DNA from: Planctomycetota bacterium
GTDB lineage: Bacteria > Planctomycetota > SZUA-567 > H5-PLA8
Direction of reading: 5' to 3'
Assembly: GCA_027493525.1 (NCBI GenBank)
Contig: JAOSKN010000004.1
Coordinates: 14,868-78,867 of the forward strand
Length of the DNA stretch: 64,000 nt
The notes below the pieces were generated by a model. That model worked only from the letters and a program-made list of their open reading frames with translations, ran no database searches and had not been told where the DNA came from. Below, in pieces: positions 63,273 to 64,000 of the stretch. The translations under genes and the position numbers were made by a program. The first letter of the stretch is position 1. Each line of letters starts with the position of its first letter.

Positions 63273-64000
63273 CTACTCCCCCAACGCCGCATTCAACAGC
63301 TTCGCCAGCCGCACCCCCGCCGCGTAAAGCTGCCGCTCCACAAGATCCTTGTTCGCCGCGAAGTACGCGTCGCCCAGCAGCACCGGCCGTTCGGAGACCG
63401 GCACGTTCTGGTACACCCGCTCGCGCGCGAAGCCGTGGCTCTCCGTCGTCCAGGCGTCCGGGTCGCCCTCCGCCAGCTTCGCGGCCTGGTCCTTGAATTG
63501 CGCCTCCAGCGCGCCCGCGTAATCCTTCGCGTTCGATTCGCCAAGGCACGCGCGGACCAGGTGGATGTCCCAGACCTGGTGCAGGTTGCTCTTCTCGCCT
63601 TCTTTCTTCCACCAGACCTGCGCCAGGTTCCCGCCCTTGTCCGTCCCCGGCTTCCCGTCGATCTGGAGCTCCCGCGTACCGCAGTGCAGCGGCATGTGCA
63701 GATCCCCGGCGAAGTGGATCAGGAACTTGAGCGCCTCGAGCTTCTCCTCGTCCTTGAGTTCGGCGTTCGCCAGCCGCTTCGCGAACTCCTTGAGCTTCTC
63801 CGTGACGCACGGCCGCGCGCCGTGCTTCTCCGGCTCGTACCGCTCGTCGGCCAGCGGGATGTCCACGTAGTGCCAGCTCGCCGTCTCGCGCCGCTCCAGC
63901 CGCACGAAGTCCGCCCAGTTCGAGACGCTCGCCAGCGACTCGCCCGCGCCCAGCAGCGCCAGCACCCGCGCGCGCGCCTTCTCGGTCAGGTGCAACTGCG
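63273..64000 (-). CDS. S1/P1-family nuclease (5' end beyond the window)
   Basis: WHYVDIP and FLIHFAGDLHMPLHCG zinc-ligand motifs. The N-terminal WG..GH region and signal peptide are missing, so the gene continues past nt 64000. Confidence 0.85.
   Translation of the reverse strand, partial: QLHLTEKARARVLALLGAGESLASVSNWADFVRLERRETASWHYVDIPLADERYEPEKHGARPCVTEKLKEFAKRLANAELKDEEKLEALKFLIHFAGDLHMPLHCGTRELQIDGKPGTDKGGNLAQVWWKKEGEKSNLHQVWDIHLVRACLGESNAKDYAGALEAQFKDQAAKLAEGDPDAWTTESHGFARERVYQNVPVSERPVLLGDAYFAANKDLVERQLYAAGVRLAKLLNAALGE

Noticed and set aside
1-64000. rRNA, tRNA, tmRNA or other classical RNA genes
   Set aside because: I could not recognise any cloverleaf-like or conserved RNA-gene segment by eye. 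This is a weak negative and should be confirmed with tRNAscan-SE or Infernal.

Overview
High-GC (~68%) chromosomal segment, probably from a PVC-type or candidate-phylum bacterium (inference from gene content only). It is rich in secreted glycan-active and repeat proteins: GH5, two beta-helix proteins, Kelch, WD40, ankyrin, and a 1054-aa propeller-like protein. Housekeeping genes are aguA/aguB, rfbB, nagA, ugd, arfB, an ABC-F ATPase and an MscS channel. Accessory content: vapBC next to a primase-helicase replication module, an IS256-family element with an 8-bp target duplication inside a higA antitoxin gene, hicAB, and an island of small DUF genes (DUF4160/DUF2442, DUF6883/DUF4926, DUF6429, YciI). 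An orphan parA is separated from a ribbon-helix-helix gene by a 336-bp microsatellite. Three things stand out. (1) Intergenic spacers hold about 20 tandem arrays with a strict 7-bp period, mostly as inverted pairs at gene 3' ends and sometimes running into stop codons. GC-rich REP-like hairpins also occur. (2) Two orphan ORFs each follow a ~190-bp near-identical leader and are followed by attC-like imperfect palindromes. (3) About 10 genes are split by single-base homopolymer indels, probably assembly error. The primase-helicase is instead split by a 7-bp tandem duplication. I recognised no rRNA, tRNA or CRISPR array. All family calls come from motif recognition by eye, without database searches.
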